Positions 10,655 through 19,947 of a DNA stretch of 64,000 bases are shown piece after piece. The translations under genes were made by a program, and so were the position numbers. The notes beneath the pieces were generated by a model. That model was not told the DNA's origin. It did not search any database and saw only the letters and a list, made by a program, of their open reading frames with translations. The stretch lies in the NCBI GenBank assembly GCA_902781545.1, contig CACZJR010000002.1:5134-69133 (forward strand), read 5' to 3'. Numbering within the stretch: the first letter of the stretch is position 1; each line of letters starts with the position of its first letter. This DNA is from an uncultured Spirochaetales bacterium. Lineage in GTDB: Bacteria; Spirochaetota; Spirochaetia; Sphaerochaetales; Sphaerochaetaceae.

Positions 10655-11542
10655 CTACTTCTTGAGTTTCGGATCCAACGCGTCACGCAGCCCGTCACCG
10701 ACCATGTTGAATGCAAGGACCGTGATCATGATCGCAAGACCCGGGAACAGTGTCATATAGCTGTAGCCTCTGAGATATGCCCTTCCTGTTGAGAGCATTG
10801 ATCCCCACTCCGGAGCCGGTGCGGGAACACCAAGGCCCAGGAAGCTCAGCGACGATGCGGAGATGATGGCAGATGAGACCCTGAGGGTTACTCTGACGAT
10901 GATCGGGCTGAGGCAGTTCGGGAGAATGTGCTTGAAGATGATCTTTGTCTCACTCTCTCCTATTGCCCTGGCGCTCTCAATGTACTCCTGCCCTGTTACT
11001 GTAAGGACTGCGGCCCTTGTGGTCCTGACGAACTGCGGGATGCTTGTGACACCTACGGAGATCATCAGGTTCAACGTGTTGGCACCAAGTGCGGCGACAA
11101 TGACTATGGCCATAAGCATGTTAGGAACAGCGGCGAAGATGTCGGTGAACCTCATGATGATGTCCTCGACTATTCCGCCGGTGTAATAACCTGCGAACGC
11201 ACCCAGTATGACACCAACCACAACAGCTATGGCAACGGCCACAACACCTACTGAGAGGCTGAACCTGGATCCGTACAGCAGCCTGGCGAATATGTCTCTT
11301 CCAAGATCATCCGTTCCCATTATATGCTGCTTGCTCGGAGCCTGGAGCCTGTCCTTGAGTGTCATTCCGATGACCTGTGTGTCATAGTCAACCAGCACAT
11401 CAGCGAAAATGGCCACCAGTGCAAGCAGGGCTATGATCACAAGACCGGCCATGGCACCCTTGTTCTTCTTCAGCCTGTGCCATACCTCGCCCGAGCGGCT
11501 TCTCTTCATGTACTGTCTGGAGACTAGTTTCTGTCTTGCCAT
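10655..11542 (-). CDS. oppC: oligopeptide/dipeptide ABC transporter permease
   Basis: 295 aa, multi-TM, OppC-like N-terminus and a binding-protein-dependent permease core. Confidence 0.8.
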   Translation of the reverse strand: MARQKLVSRQYMKRSRSGEVWHRLKKNKGAMAGLVIIALLALVAIFADVLVDYDTQVIGMTLKDRLQAPSKQHIMGTDDLGRDIFARLLYGSRFSLSVGVVAVAIAVVVGVILGAFAGYYTGGIVEDIIMRFTDIFAAVPNMLMAIVIVAALGANTLNLMISVGVTSIPQFVRTTRAAVLTVTGQEYIESARAIGESETKIIFKHILPNCLSPIIVRVTLRVSSAIISASSLSFLGLGVPAPAPEWGSMLSTGRAYLRGYSYMTLFPGLAIMITVLAFNMVGDGLRDALDPKLKK

Positions 11543-12513
11543 TATGCAGCCTCCTTTCTGACCTTCTTCACACGCTTCACGCCCTTGCGGCTGTACTTGC
11601 CTTTGATTCTCGGGTCAACCACAGCATACAGGAGGTCAACCGCTAGATGTATCACACCTGTGATTATCGTGGTCATGATTATTGCGCCTGTGACAACAGG
11701 GACATCTCTCTGGTGCACGTAGTCTATGATCAGTCTTCCGACTCCAGGCCATGAGAACACGGTCTCCGTGATGACAGCTCCGCCTATTCCTGCACAGAGC
11801 TGACCGCCGATGATTGTCAGGATCGGAATGAAGGCGTTCCTGAAGGCATGCTTTGTGATGACCTTGTTCTCGCTGACGCCCTTGGCCCTTGCGGTCCTGA
11901 GGTAATCCTGCCTGATGACATCGATCATCGAGGACCTGGTGGTTCTTGTCATGACCGCCATGTGGCCTGTTCCGATGGTGATGGCAGGCAAAATTACGGA
12001 GCTGAAGCCACGGAATCCTCCTGACGGGAACCATCCCAGGTTCAACGAGAACTCAATTATCAGCAGAAGCCCCAGCCAGAAGTTCGGCATAGATAGTCCC
12101 AGAAGAGCCAGGACCATACAGGAGTTGTCCACAAGCGAGCCGCTTTTCACGGCCGAGACAATTCCCAGGGGAATGCTCAGGCCTATTGCCACAACGCTTG
12201 CGCCTACTGCCAGCCAGAATGTCTTAGGCAGTCTGGAGATGTACATGTCCCAGACAGGCTTCTTGGTTATATATGATGTGCCCAGATCCCCGTGAAGAAG
12301 ACCCAGCATGTATTTTCCATATCTGTAGAACACCGAGCGGTCATAGCCGTACTCATGTTCCAGCGCCTTTATCTGTTCCTCTGTGGCATCCTCACCCACA
12401 AGCTGGGTGATGATGTCTCCCGGGGCCAGATCCATGATGAAGTAGATCATGAATGAGACTCCGATGATGACAGGAATCAGCAGGAGGATTCTCTTGATTA
12501 CGTAACGATGCAT
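11542..12513 (-). CDS. oppB: oligopeptide/dipeptide ABC transporter permease
   Basis: 323 aa. MHRYVIKRILLLIPVIIGVSFMIYF is a classic OppB/DppB N-terminus. Multi-TM. Confidence 0.85.
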   Translation of the reverse strand: MHRYVIKRILLLIPVIIGVSFMIYFIMDLAPGDIITQLVGEDATEEQIKALEHEYGYDRSVFYRYGKYMLGLLHGDLGTSYITKKPVWDMYISRLPKTFWLAVGASVVAIGLSIPLGIVSAVKSGSLVDNSCMVLALLGLSMPNFWLGLLLIIEFSLNLGWFPSGGFRGFSSVILPAITIGTGHMAVMTRTTRSSMIDVIRQDYLRTARAKGVSENKVITKHAFRNAFIPILTIIGGQLCAGIGGAVITETVFSWPGVGRLIIDYVHQRDVPVVTGAIIMTTIITGVIHLAVDLLYAVVDPRIKGKYSRKGVKRVKKVRKEAA

Positions 12514-12535
12514 CCTACCTCCGTAGTCAGTTATT

Positions 12536-12563
12536 GAAACAGCGCCGCAAAGGGCGCTGTTTC
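12536..12563 (-). promoter_or_regulatory. intercistronic stem-loop between SBP and permease genes
   Basis: GAAACAGCGCC-loop-GGCGCTGTTTC forms an 11-bp perfect stem with no U tract. This is the usual position for an mRNA-stabilising or attenuating hairpin after an SBP gene. Confidence 0.5.
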
Positions 12564-12594
12564 CCGTATAAAGTTCAGCTTGTTACTTCTGAGT

Positions 12595-14115
12595 TCAGAC
12601 TGTAACAACGATGTTGGAATAATCGTGGGCCTGATGTCCCTCCCAGATGATTCCGCTCACGCCCTTGTTGATGGCGATGCTCAGCTCTGTGTAGTAGAGA
12701 GGAATGTACCATGCATGCTCATGGTTCAGTACCTGAATCTCCTTGTAGTACTCTTTTCTCTTGGCATCATCGGTGCACTGTCTTCCGAGCTCAAGAAGCT
12801 CCATGACTCTGTCGTTGGACAGGGTTGCCTTGTTGGTGTTGGAGTTCTTTCCGTATGCGCGGCTTGCATCATCACCGTAGCTGTTCCAACCCATGGTGTA
12901 GATCATTGACTCATGCTCTGCGGTCTTGAATGCGCTCTTTGCTGTGAGAGCTGCGGCCTCAAGCTCCTCGATCACGACTGTCAGGCCGATCTCCTTGGCG
13001 TTTGCCTGGATGATCTGTGCTGCTCTGAGTCTTGCATTGTCCTTGACGCTGATTGTGATGGTCTTGTATGCGGACTTCTCAAGATACTGCTTTGCAAGAT
13101 CAAGGTCATATTTGTAGTCACCGAATCCATCATAGTAGCCGTATGTGGCAGGACCCCAGTTGGAGATTGCACGTGTTCCCTCTCCTGATGAGGCGCCGAG
13201 AATGACATCCTCATAGTTGATGCAGTGTGCAAGAGCAAGTCTGAGGTTCTCATCTGAGCCAGGTCCCTTTGATGTGTTGAATGCGAAGTAGCAGCATGTT
13301 GAGCTTGGGATCTCGATGAGCTTGAGGTTCGGATCCTCCTCGACATAACCCTTCTCTGTGTTGGCCGGGCTGATACAGACATCGACCTCACCGTTCTGCA
13401 GTGCGATGAGTCTTGCTGAAGCCTCACCCATGTAGCGGAGTGTGAGCTCTCTGGTAGGAGTCTTCTCTCCCCAGTAGTTGTCGTTCTTGACCATATGGAC
13501 ATAGTCGCCTTCCTCAAGAGCTGTGATTGTCCACATACCGGTTCCGACCCACGGTCCCTTCAGGGGATCAGCCTCGATTGCCTTCTGGTTCACGATTGAT
13601 GCCAGAGGCAGAGCCAGGGTGTCCAGCCAGTCGACGTTCGGCTTGACCAGGACAAGCTTGACTGTGTAGTCATCAATGACCTCTGTGTGATCAAGGACAC
13701 CGACGAACTTTGAGGAGGCTGTTGAGTTCAGGCTCATGATTCTCTCATATGAGTATTTGACATCATTGGCTGTGAACTTCTCACCGTTCTGGAATGTGAC
13801 ATCATTCCTGAGCTTGAGTGTCAGCTCTGTCAGGTCGGCATTCCACTCCCAGCTTGTTGCCAGCTCGGGCTCATACTTTGCCTCAGCTGAGTTGTATGAC
13901 ACCAGAGTGTTGTGGGAGCACTTGAAAAGTCTGTTGTGCTGGATGTTGTTGATTGACTGCGGGTCACCTGTTGTGATCTGGCTTCCGTCAGCACAGACAA
14001 CAGCTTCCTTGTATTTGACCTCACCGGTAGTTGTCTTCTGCTCGCCGGATCCGCCTGCGAACACAAAGCCGCAGATCAGAAACACGCAAATTAATGAAAC
14101 AAGTAGTTTTTTCAT
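12595..14115 (-). CDS. oppA: ABC transporter substrate-binding protein, family 5 (peptide/nickel)
   Basis: 506 aa with a signal peptide. Size and operon position fit family-5 SBPs. Substrate not determinable. Confidence 0.75.
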   Translation of the reverse strand: MKKLLVSLICVFLICGFVFAGGSGEQKTTTGEVKYKEAVVCADGSQITTGDPQSINNIQHNRLFKCSHNTLVSYNSAEAKYEPELATSWEWNADLTELTLKLRNDVTFQNGEKFTANDVKYSYERIMSLNSTASSKFVGVLDHTEVIDDYTVKLVLVKPNVDWLDTLALPLASIVNQKAIEADPLKGPWVGTGMWTITALEEGDYVHMVKNDNYWGEKTPTRELTLRYMGEASARLIALQNGEVDVCISPANTEKGYVEEDPNLKLIEIPSSTCCYFAFNTSKGPGSDENLRLALAHCINYEDVILGASSGEGTRAISNWGPATYGYYDGFGDYKYDLDLAKQYLEKSAYKTITISVKDNARLRAAQIIQANAKEIGLTVVIEELEAAALTAKSAFKTAEHESMIYTMGWNSYGDDASRAYGKNSNTNKATLSNDRVMELLELGRQCTDDAKRKEYYKEIQVLNHEHAWYIPLYYTELSIAINKGVSGIIWEGHQAHDYSNIVVTV

Positions 14116-14274
14116 ATGGTTGCTCTCCTTTTGTACTTTTAATTATCATATGCACAAATCAAATCCGCAACAGTAAATTTCATTAGTTTCAGCCTCTCCT
14201 TTTTTCAAGAATATCTGTTGTTGTAGAATGGAGTTGTTTTTATTGACAAAAACACATTTCATTGTTTATTGTTT

Positions 14275-14293
14275 ATTGTATACAAAATACAAT
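14275..14293. promoter_or_regulatory. candidate GntR-family operator
   Basis: ATTGTATACAAAATACAAT has 7-5-7 inverted arms (ATTGTAT/ATACAAT) and contains the perfect palindrome TTGTATACAA. It lies 14 nt upstream of the GntR start, in the divergent region shared with oppA. Confidence 0.4.
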
Positions 14294-14306
14294 GAGGTGT
14301 TTTTAA

Positions 14307-14969
14307 ATGATTCCGTTCACAAAACTTGAGGCCACTCCCCTCAGTGACAGGATATCCACGCTGCTGAAGGACGCCATAATCGAAGGACAGTTCAAGGCTG
14401 GAGAGGAAATTGTCCTCACAGCCATCGCAGAACGTTACGGCGTCTCAAGGACCCCGGTCAGGGAGGCCTTCCAGAGCCTTGCAAAGGACGGCTTTCTGAC
14501 ACTGAGGATGAACAAGAGCGCAATAGTGGTGGGAATTGACGAGCACTTTCTCAGAAACCACTATGAGATAAGAAGCGTGCTTGAGGCACAGGCAGCCTAC
14601 AATGCTGCGGCAAACGGCAAGGATTTCTCTCGACTGCAGAGAATACAGGACGATGCGGAGAAGATGCGTCTTCCGATGTCTCTTGATGAGTTCCGCTCCT
14701 ACAACATGAAGTTCCACAGGTGCATCTGGGATCTCTCCGGTAATGAGAGGCTGCAGCAGCTGCTGTCGGACATGTGGGTGAGCTCCTACTCCTCTAGCGC
14801 CCTGCCTGAGATCCACAGGCAGACAAGGACATTCAATTCCCACAGGCGCCTGATAAATGACATAATCAACCATGACTGTGATGCAGCGTTCGAGCACATG
14901 AAGAGACACATCATCGGAAGTCTGAATAATATCCTCAAGATACTTGATGAGGGAAAGAAGGAGGCATGA
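14307..14969 (+). CDS. GntR-family transcriptional regulator (FadR/FCD subfamily)
   Basis: 220 aa with an N-terminal winged HTH (IAERYGVSRTPVREAFQSLAKDGFL) and a helical FCD-like C-terminal domain. Confidence 0.85.
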   Translation: MIPFTKLEATPLSDRISTLLKDAIIEGQFKAGEEIVLTAIAERYGVSRTPVREAFQSLAKDGFLTLRMNKSAIVVGIDEHFLRNHYEIRSVLEAQAAYNAAANGKDFSRLQRIQDDAEKMRLPMSLDEFRSYNMKFHRCIWDLSGNERLQQLLSDMWVSSYSSSALPEIHRQTRTFNSHRRLINDIINHDCDAAFEHMKRHIIGSLNNILKILDEGKKEA

Positions 14970-14970
14970 G

Positions 14971-15297
14971 ATGTTCAGCGCATTTGAGGTAGGCTATTAT
15001 CTTTATTTCCTTATCCTGGGACTGGCCCTCTACTATCTGTACAAGGCAATCAAGCAGATCAAGACCAAGGACATGGATTTCTTCAAGAAGGAGATCTACA
15101 CCGATGAGTCAGTCGAGAAATGGGCTGTCAGGGACGGTTTCCTGAAAATAGGAGCAGGCCTTGCATTCGGAGTCTATGGCGGACTTGGCCTTGTAGGGAT
15201 AAACATCCTCTACATCACAATCGGGGTCCTTGCAGTCCTGGTCGCGCTTTATTTCTTCCTTTACTCCAGGACCCTGGTCAAGAAAGAGGAGTACTGA
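14971..15297 (+). CDS. small membrane protein, unknown function
   Basis: I trimmed the ORF to the ATG at 14971, which has a GGAGG 6 nt upstream and sits 1 nt after the GntR stop. It has 2-3 hydrophobic helices. Confidence 0.5.
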   Translation: MFSAFEVGYYLYFLILGLALYYLYKAIKQIKTKDMDFFKKEIYTDESVEKWAVRDGFLKIGAGLAFGVYGGLGLVGINILYITIGVLAVLVALYFFLYSRTLVKKEEY

Positions 15298-15300
15298 GAC

Positions 15301-16443
15301 TCAGGCAAAGTAGTTTGTCATGAAGTCCAGGAGCAGACGTGAGCCGTCAAGAAGGCTCTGAGGATCCAGCCACTCCTCCCTTGTATGGCACTTGCCTCCT
15401 ATCGCGCCGCCCATGCAGATTGCCGGAATCCCGATTGAGAGCGGGGTGTTCGCATCTGTGGAGCTGTACGCCCGCACCGGCTCCTTTCCTATGATGCGTC
15501 TCACGGAATCCTCGGCTTTTGCGATCAATGCCTCGTGGGCCGCAGGATCCACATCACCGGTACACGGCCTGTCACCGATTCTCTCACAAAGGACCTCGAT
15601 TCCGGTGCTCCTGTATGCCTCTATGACCTTGCCAAGCATTGTCTCCATTACGGCAAGACAGCTCTTGCTTGTCGAGCGGTACTCATAGAGCATGCTTGCC
15701 TCCTGGGCAATTGTGTTCACGCTTGTGCCGCCTGAGATCATCCCGACATTATAGGTGGTCCTGCTGTCCCCTTCAGAAGGCACCTTCACAGAATAAAGGG
15801 TACTGATCATGGATGACAGGCAGACAATGGCATTACGGTTCCCGAATGCCGCGAATGAGTGGCCGCCCTCTGTCCTGACAGTGATTCTGTATCTGTGAGA
15901 TCCTACTGCTTCGTTGACAACACGCTCCAGCCTGGTCCCGTCGACTGTGATGAACTCCTTTATGCGTTTCCCGTATCTGGAGACAATGGCACGGCTGCCT
16001 TTGAGGTTTCCAAGGCCCTCCTCGCAGGAGTTCGCCACAAACACCATCCCGCAGACGGTGGGTATGCGGTTCCTGAGGATATAGCGCTCAGCTATCAGAA
16101 GGCTTGCGAGGTTTCCGGTGTCATCAGTGACACCCGGGCTGCAGAAGAGACCGTCCTTCTCGACAAACGGCATAGGCTCAAGATCAGGGAACACTGTGTC
16201 GGTATGGGCCATGAAAACAACAACATCATTGTCTTCTGAGACATTGTACTCGCAGATTGCATTCAGGGCCTCATCAATGAAGACATTCTCCCCTCCTGCC
16301 TTGATGAACCAGTCCCTGCACCATGCGGCGCGCTTCTCCTCATGATGGCTCGGGGCCGGAATCGCGCAAAGCTGTCTGACAATGTCCTTGGCCTCCTCAT
16401 GGGAGGACCTGAGATACTGTTCCATCTGATAAGTCAGTGCCAT
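15301..16443 (-). CDS. M20-family metallopeptidase (PepT/ArgE-like)
   Basis: 380 aa with motifs AHTDTV, GVTDDTG, SCEEG, GGHS and HTREEW. Its start codon directly abuts the stop of the upstream gene. Confidence 0.8.
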   Translation of the reverse strand: MALTYQMEQYLRSSHEEAKDIVRQLCAIPAPSHHEEKRAAWCRDWFIKAGGENVFIDEALNAICEYNVSEDNDVVVFMAHTDTVFPDLEPMPFVEKDGLFCSPGVTDDTGNLASLLIAERYILRNRIPTVCGMVFVANSCEEGLGNLKGSRAIVSRYGKRIKEFITVDGTRLERVVNEAVGSHRYRITVRTEGGHSFAAFGNRNAIVCLSSMISTLYSVKVPSEGDSRTTYNVGMISGGTSVNTIAQEASMLYEYRSTSKSCLAVMETMLGKVIEAYRSTGIEVLCERIGDRPCTGDVDPAAHEALIAKAEDSVRRIIGKEPVRAYSSTDANTPLSIGIPAICMGGAIGGKCHTREEWLDPQSLLDGSRLLLDFMTNYFA

Positions 16444-17532
16444 TTATGGTTTCCTCCTTACGGTCATCACCATTCCGAATGCAAGTACCGCCACCGTACT
16501 GACTATCCCCGCAATGATGAGGACAATGCTGTACTGCGTCTTTGAATACACCCCTCCGTCTCCCGGTTTTGACATTGGCACCGGGTCATACTTTATGCCG
16601 TTGTCCGCTGCAAGCTGCTTGACGTTCAGCAGGTTTATGATGGGGATTCCCCTGTCCAGATACTCGAAGACAAGGCCCCGGTCACTGGTGGTGGGGATGT
16701 TCTGGAACGTCATCGCAAGTCCGGCAGGAAGCGTGAGGCTCACCGAGGATGTCCCCTCATTCACGGCTGCCCCTCCGACATTGACGAACAGGTCAACATC
16801 ATCTCCGAAAAGCTCAAAGCGGTGCCTGATGTTGTCGCTGATGTTGTTTATCTGTATGAACTCAGCACCTGTCCTTGCGGCCACATCAGCGCATATCTGC
16901 CGCGAGAGCTCCGCAGAGCCCTCATAGAACATGCCCTCCAGCACACCTCCGCCCTGGTCATTGGCAGAGCCACGGGATACAGCAATCAGGTCAAAGTCGG
17001 CGAACCCGCCTTCCTTAAGCGCAAGGATTATGTCAAAGATGTTGTACTCTACCCTTGTCGCCCCGTGCATAGAGGCTCCGAGACTTGCAATGACCCTAGT
17101 CCTGAGCCCCATCTGGCTTGCGGCGATTATGGTGGCTATGGCAAGACCCGGAAATGAGCCGCTTGTACCTACGGCAACCACATCTCCTCTCTTGAGTCCT
17201 GCCTCATGGTAATAGCGGACCATCGCAGCGGCGAAATTAGGATTCAGGCTTGTGCGTTTGGCGTCCTCCGAGCCCGGAGTACTGGTGAGCTCCGTGAACT
17301 CGGGGCCTATGAGAAGCATCTTGTTCAGGTCCTCGGGCTCCGGCTCAATGCCTTTTGAGAGCATCTCCTGCCTGATATATTCCTCTGCATCAGCCATTGT
17401 CCTTGCAGCTGAGAGCTGCATGTTCGCAAAGCGGTTCTCCTCACGGTCCGCCCCTGCCACAACCGCGACAAGAAAGACAACTGCCACAGCCATGGCGGCA
17501 AGAAGATACCAGATACCGATGCTTTTCCTCAT
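16444..17532 (-). CDS. two-TM extracytoplasmic protein, probable poly-gamma-glutamate system protein
   Basis: I trimmed the ORF to the MRKSIGIWYLL start at 17532. It has N- and C-terminal TM helices around a domain of about 320 aa. Size and topology match what I recall of the TIGR04332 family, which accompanies pgsB/pgsC. The family assignment is from memory, not a search. Confidence 0.5.
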   Translation of the reverse strand: MRKSIGIWYLLAAMAVAVVFLVAVVAGADREENRFANMQLSAARTMADAEEYIRQEMLSKGIEPEPEDLNKMLLIGPEFTELTSTPGSEDAKRTSLNPNFAAAMVRYYHEAGLKRGDVVAVGTSGSFPGLAIATIIAASQMGLRTRVIASLGASMHGATRVEYNIFDIILALKEGGFADFDLIAVSRGSANDQGGGVLEGMFYEGSAELSRQICADVAARTGAEFIQINNISDNIRHRFELFGDDVDLFVNVGGAAVNEGTSSVSLTLPAGLAMTFQNIPTTSDRGLVFEYLDRGIPIINLLNVKQLAADNGIKYDPVPMSKPGDGGVYSKTQYSIVLIIAGIVSTVAVLAFGMVMTVRRKP

Positions 17533-17546
17533 AACGACCTTCTCTG

Positions 17547-17582
17547 AAACAAAACCAGAGGTGCAGACAGCCGCACCTCTGG
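17547..17582 (-). terminator. rho-independent terminator after orphan gene X1
   Basis: The minus strand reads CCAGAGGTGC-GGCTGTCT-GCACCTCTGG followed by TTTTGTTT, a 10-bp perfect stem. Confidence 0.65.
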
Positions 17583-17611
17583 TCACATTTTAAACCGAAA
17601 TCACAAGACCG

Positions 17612-18283
17612 TTAATAGATGGTCTCGTAAATCATGGACTCAAGCGCCCTCAAACCTGTGCGGAACACAATATCGGTGAGATCCTGCGAAAGCGCTGCGG
17701 CGATTACACCTGGCCTGATGTAGTAGAAACCCTCAATGCCAGGAATCACCCTGTTGATCACTGTCGCAATCATGTTCAGCTCTTCATTGCCCACTGCATC
17801 AACGAACTTGAAGAAGAACGCTCCGTCCTTCAGCTCGAATCCGAAGTCATAGCCCACAATGCTGAACTGTTCGCTCGCTTCTGAGACCACATCCGTATAC
17901 CCTGTGCCTTTACCGTTCTTTGCAGTGTACATGGCAAGATGGATAGCTGCCCTCCTGAATGCGTTCAGGATATCAGTCTCCTCCACTCCTCTGGGGAAAA
18001 GCTTCTCCAGGTCCTCATTGGTTGTGACCGGTGTATAGCCGGGGCCATAACCAAGAAGAGAGAGAGCCCATGCGACCTCATCATCTTCTGCACCTGCCAT
18101 ATGCTTGTAGAACTCAACAGGATCATCATAATCACCTGCCAGGTTCTGAAGCACATCAGCGCAGTATGCAAGATCAAATGTCACTTTGGGGTCTGCCTTG
18201 CTGGCAGGACGGTAAGCGGCAAAAACCGACTGTGATACAAAGAGCACAACGAGAATTGCTAATACGACTTTAAGTTTCTTCAT
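17612..18283 (-). CDS. secreted protein of unknown function (orphan X1, paralog of 21711..22385)
   Basis: 223 aa with signal peptide KLKVVLAILVVLFVSQSVFAA. It is collinear with X2 (shared PVEFYK, FPRGVE, FRRAAIHLA.YTA.NG, ending Y..IY). I recognise no family. Confidence 0.7.
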   Translation of the reverse strand: MKKLKVVLAILVVLFVSQSVFAAYRPASKADPKVTFDLAYCADVLQNLAGDYDDPVEFYKHMAGAEDDEVAWALSLLGYGPGYTPVTTNEDLEKLFPRGVEETDILNAFRRAAIHLAMYTAKNGKGTGYTDVVSEASEQFSIVGYDFGFELKDGAFFFKFVDAVGNEELNMIATVINRVIPGIEGFYYIRPGVIAAALSQDLTDIVFRTGLRALESMIYETIY

Positions 18284-18295
18284 CTGCTCCTCCTA

Positions 18296-19936
18296 TCATT
18301 CCTCTGGTCTGAGCTTGTCTCCCATATTCTCGAGAATGATGTTTGTCCACCACTCCGGTCTTGAAGGAACCTTCATGTTGACGTTGCCGAGCATGTACTT
18401 CTGTGTGAGCTTGTCACCCAGTGCACTGTAGGTGTTGAACCAATCATTTGCGGTGTTGTTCATGAATGTGGTCAGATAATTGACCGCCAGATCCTCTCTG
18501 CCGACCTCGATCATGGATGCTGCGATCTCCTGTGCTGCTGCAGTCTGGACATACAGGCTATCCTGCTTCGGATCACGCACTGCCTTGACATCCTCGATTG
18601 CGGACTGGTAGTTGATTGTTGTCAGCTGCTGTACGACAGCCTCGTTCCACCAACCGGACTGTGGGTCATACTCTGTTCTGACACCGCGTCCGAAGTGCTC
18701 CGGGAAGTACTTTGCGGAAGCGAAGACAGGAGTGAGGTATGTGACGCTCGGTGCACCCCAACCGACCCAGACAAGACATCTTGCTTCCTCAGGAAGGTAA
18801 GCCTTGACGTTTGCAATCTGGATGTATGTGCAGCGGAACATGTTGATAGGTCTTGCAATACCGACCTGTGTATCCTGCTTCAGGCTATTGTTGTTGTTGC
18901 TCAGCGGGTTGCCGAACTCTCCGGCCTGGACTGTCCTTGAGACATCGAACTGTGTGCCCTGATAGTAATCTGAGCACATGTCCTTGATTGTCTGGACGCT
19001 GATCTTCTCTGCCGGCTTGACGAACAGAGGATACTCGTTTGCGTCTCCGAACGGATCAAGGTCTTTTCCGACCTCAGGATTCAGCAGGTTGATTGCTCTC
19101 CACTCTCTGAGTGTGCATCCCATGTTGTTGAAGTCATTCCATGAATATGCCATGCAAGGCTGGAACTCTCCCTCTCCGTTCCACAGACCGCTCTCAAGGG
19201 CAAAAGACTTGAGTGTCGGGCTGCACTTGAAATCAGGATCATTCTCCTTGTAGACGTTGATCCTTGCCCTGTTGGCAGCAACGAATGCCATGTCATCAGG
19301 AACTCTGATGGCTGCCCACTCATATCCGCCGTAAGCCTCGAAGATCCAAGCCTCGTTTCCGTCACAGATGTTGATACACTCGCAGCAGAAATCAGCCCAT
19401 CCGCCTTCCTCGATGCACTTTCCCATGAACTCAACGGCCTCTCTTGCTGTTGAGCAGTTCTCAAGAGCCGCATCCTGGAGCATGTAGCAGTCCCACTTTG
19501 CCTTGCCTCTGATGTCGTTGAAGGCATAGTAAGCAGCCATTCCACGGTCATCTGAGAATGACATGGCACATGTGGACTCACCAATGGCAAGACCCTTGTC
19601 GTTCATGAATGAGTACATTCCATGGACATACTGGTTTGTGGCCTTCTCATTGACATAGGAGTCAACGATCTTGGCATTAGGACCGTAAGCGACATCCGGG
19701 AAGTTGCTGAAGTCTGAGCCTGCACGGCCGGAGACAACAACGTCACGAGTTGAGCCTGCCTCCATTGACGGGATGAGCCAGAGCCTGAGGTCATCACTGT
19801 TTGAGTCACAGGTGTGGCTGATCATTGTGGAGCCGTCAGTTGTGGCATCCTTACCTACTGCGAAAATGGTACATGCGGCCACGGACTGGAGTCCGATCAG
19901 AAGCACTACCAATAATGCTGTAAATACTTTCTTCAT
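18296..19936 (-). CDS. secreted C69-family Ntn cysteine peptidase (copy 1, B-type)
   Basis: 546 aa. The signal peptide ends VAA|CTIFAVGKDATTDGST, the C69 N-terminal nucleophile Cys motif. The C-terminal helical tail contains MIEVG. Confidence 0.8.
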   Translation of the reverse strand: MKKVFTALLVVLLIGLQSVAACTIFAVGKDATTDGSTMISHTCDSNSDDLRLWLIPSMEAGSTRDVVVSGRAGSDFSNFPDVAYGPNAKIVDSYVNEKATNQYVHGMYSFMNDKGLAIGESTCAMSFSDDRGMAAYYAFNDIRGKAKWDCYMLQDAALENCSTAREAVEFMGKCIEEGGWADFCCECINICDGNEAWIFEAYGGYEWAAIRVPDDMAFVAANRARINVYKENDPDFKCSPTLKSFALESGLWNGEGEFQPCMAYSWNDFNNMGCTLREWRAINLLNPEVGKDLDPFGDANEYPLFVKPAEKISVQTIKDMCSDYYQGTQFDVSRTVQAGEFGNPLSNNNNSLKQDTQVGIARPINMFRCTYIQIANVKAYLPEEARCLVWVGWGAPSVTYLTPVFASAKYFPEHFGRGVRTEYDPQSGWWNEAVVQQLTTINYQSAIEDVKAVRDPKQDSLYVQTAAAQEIAASMIEVGREDLAVNYLTTFMNNTANDWFNTYSALGDKLTQKYMLGNVNMKVPSRPEWWTNIILENMGDKLRPEE

Positions 19937-19947
19937 TCATGGCCTCC

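Noticed and set aside
9701-10792. 363-aa + strand ORF
   Set aside because: It lies entirely antisense to oppD/oppC, which have clear Walker and permease motifs. It is a shadow ORF.
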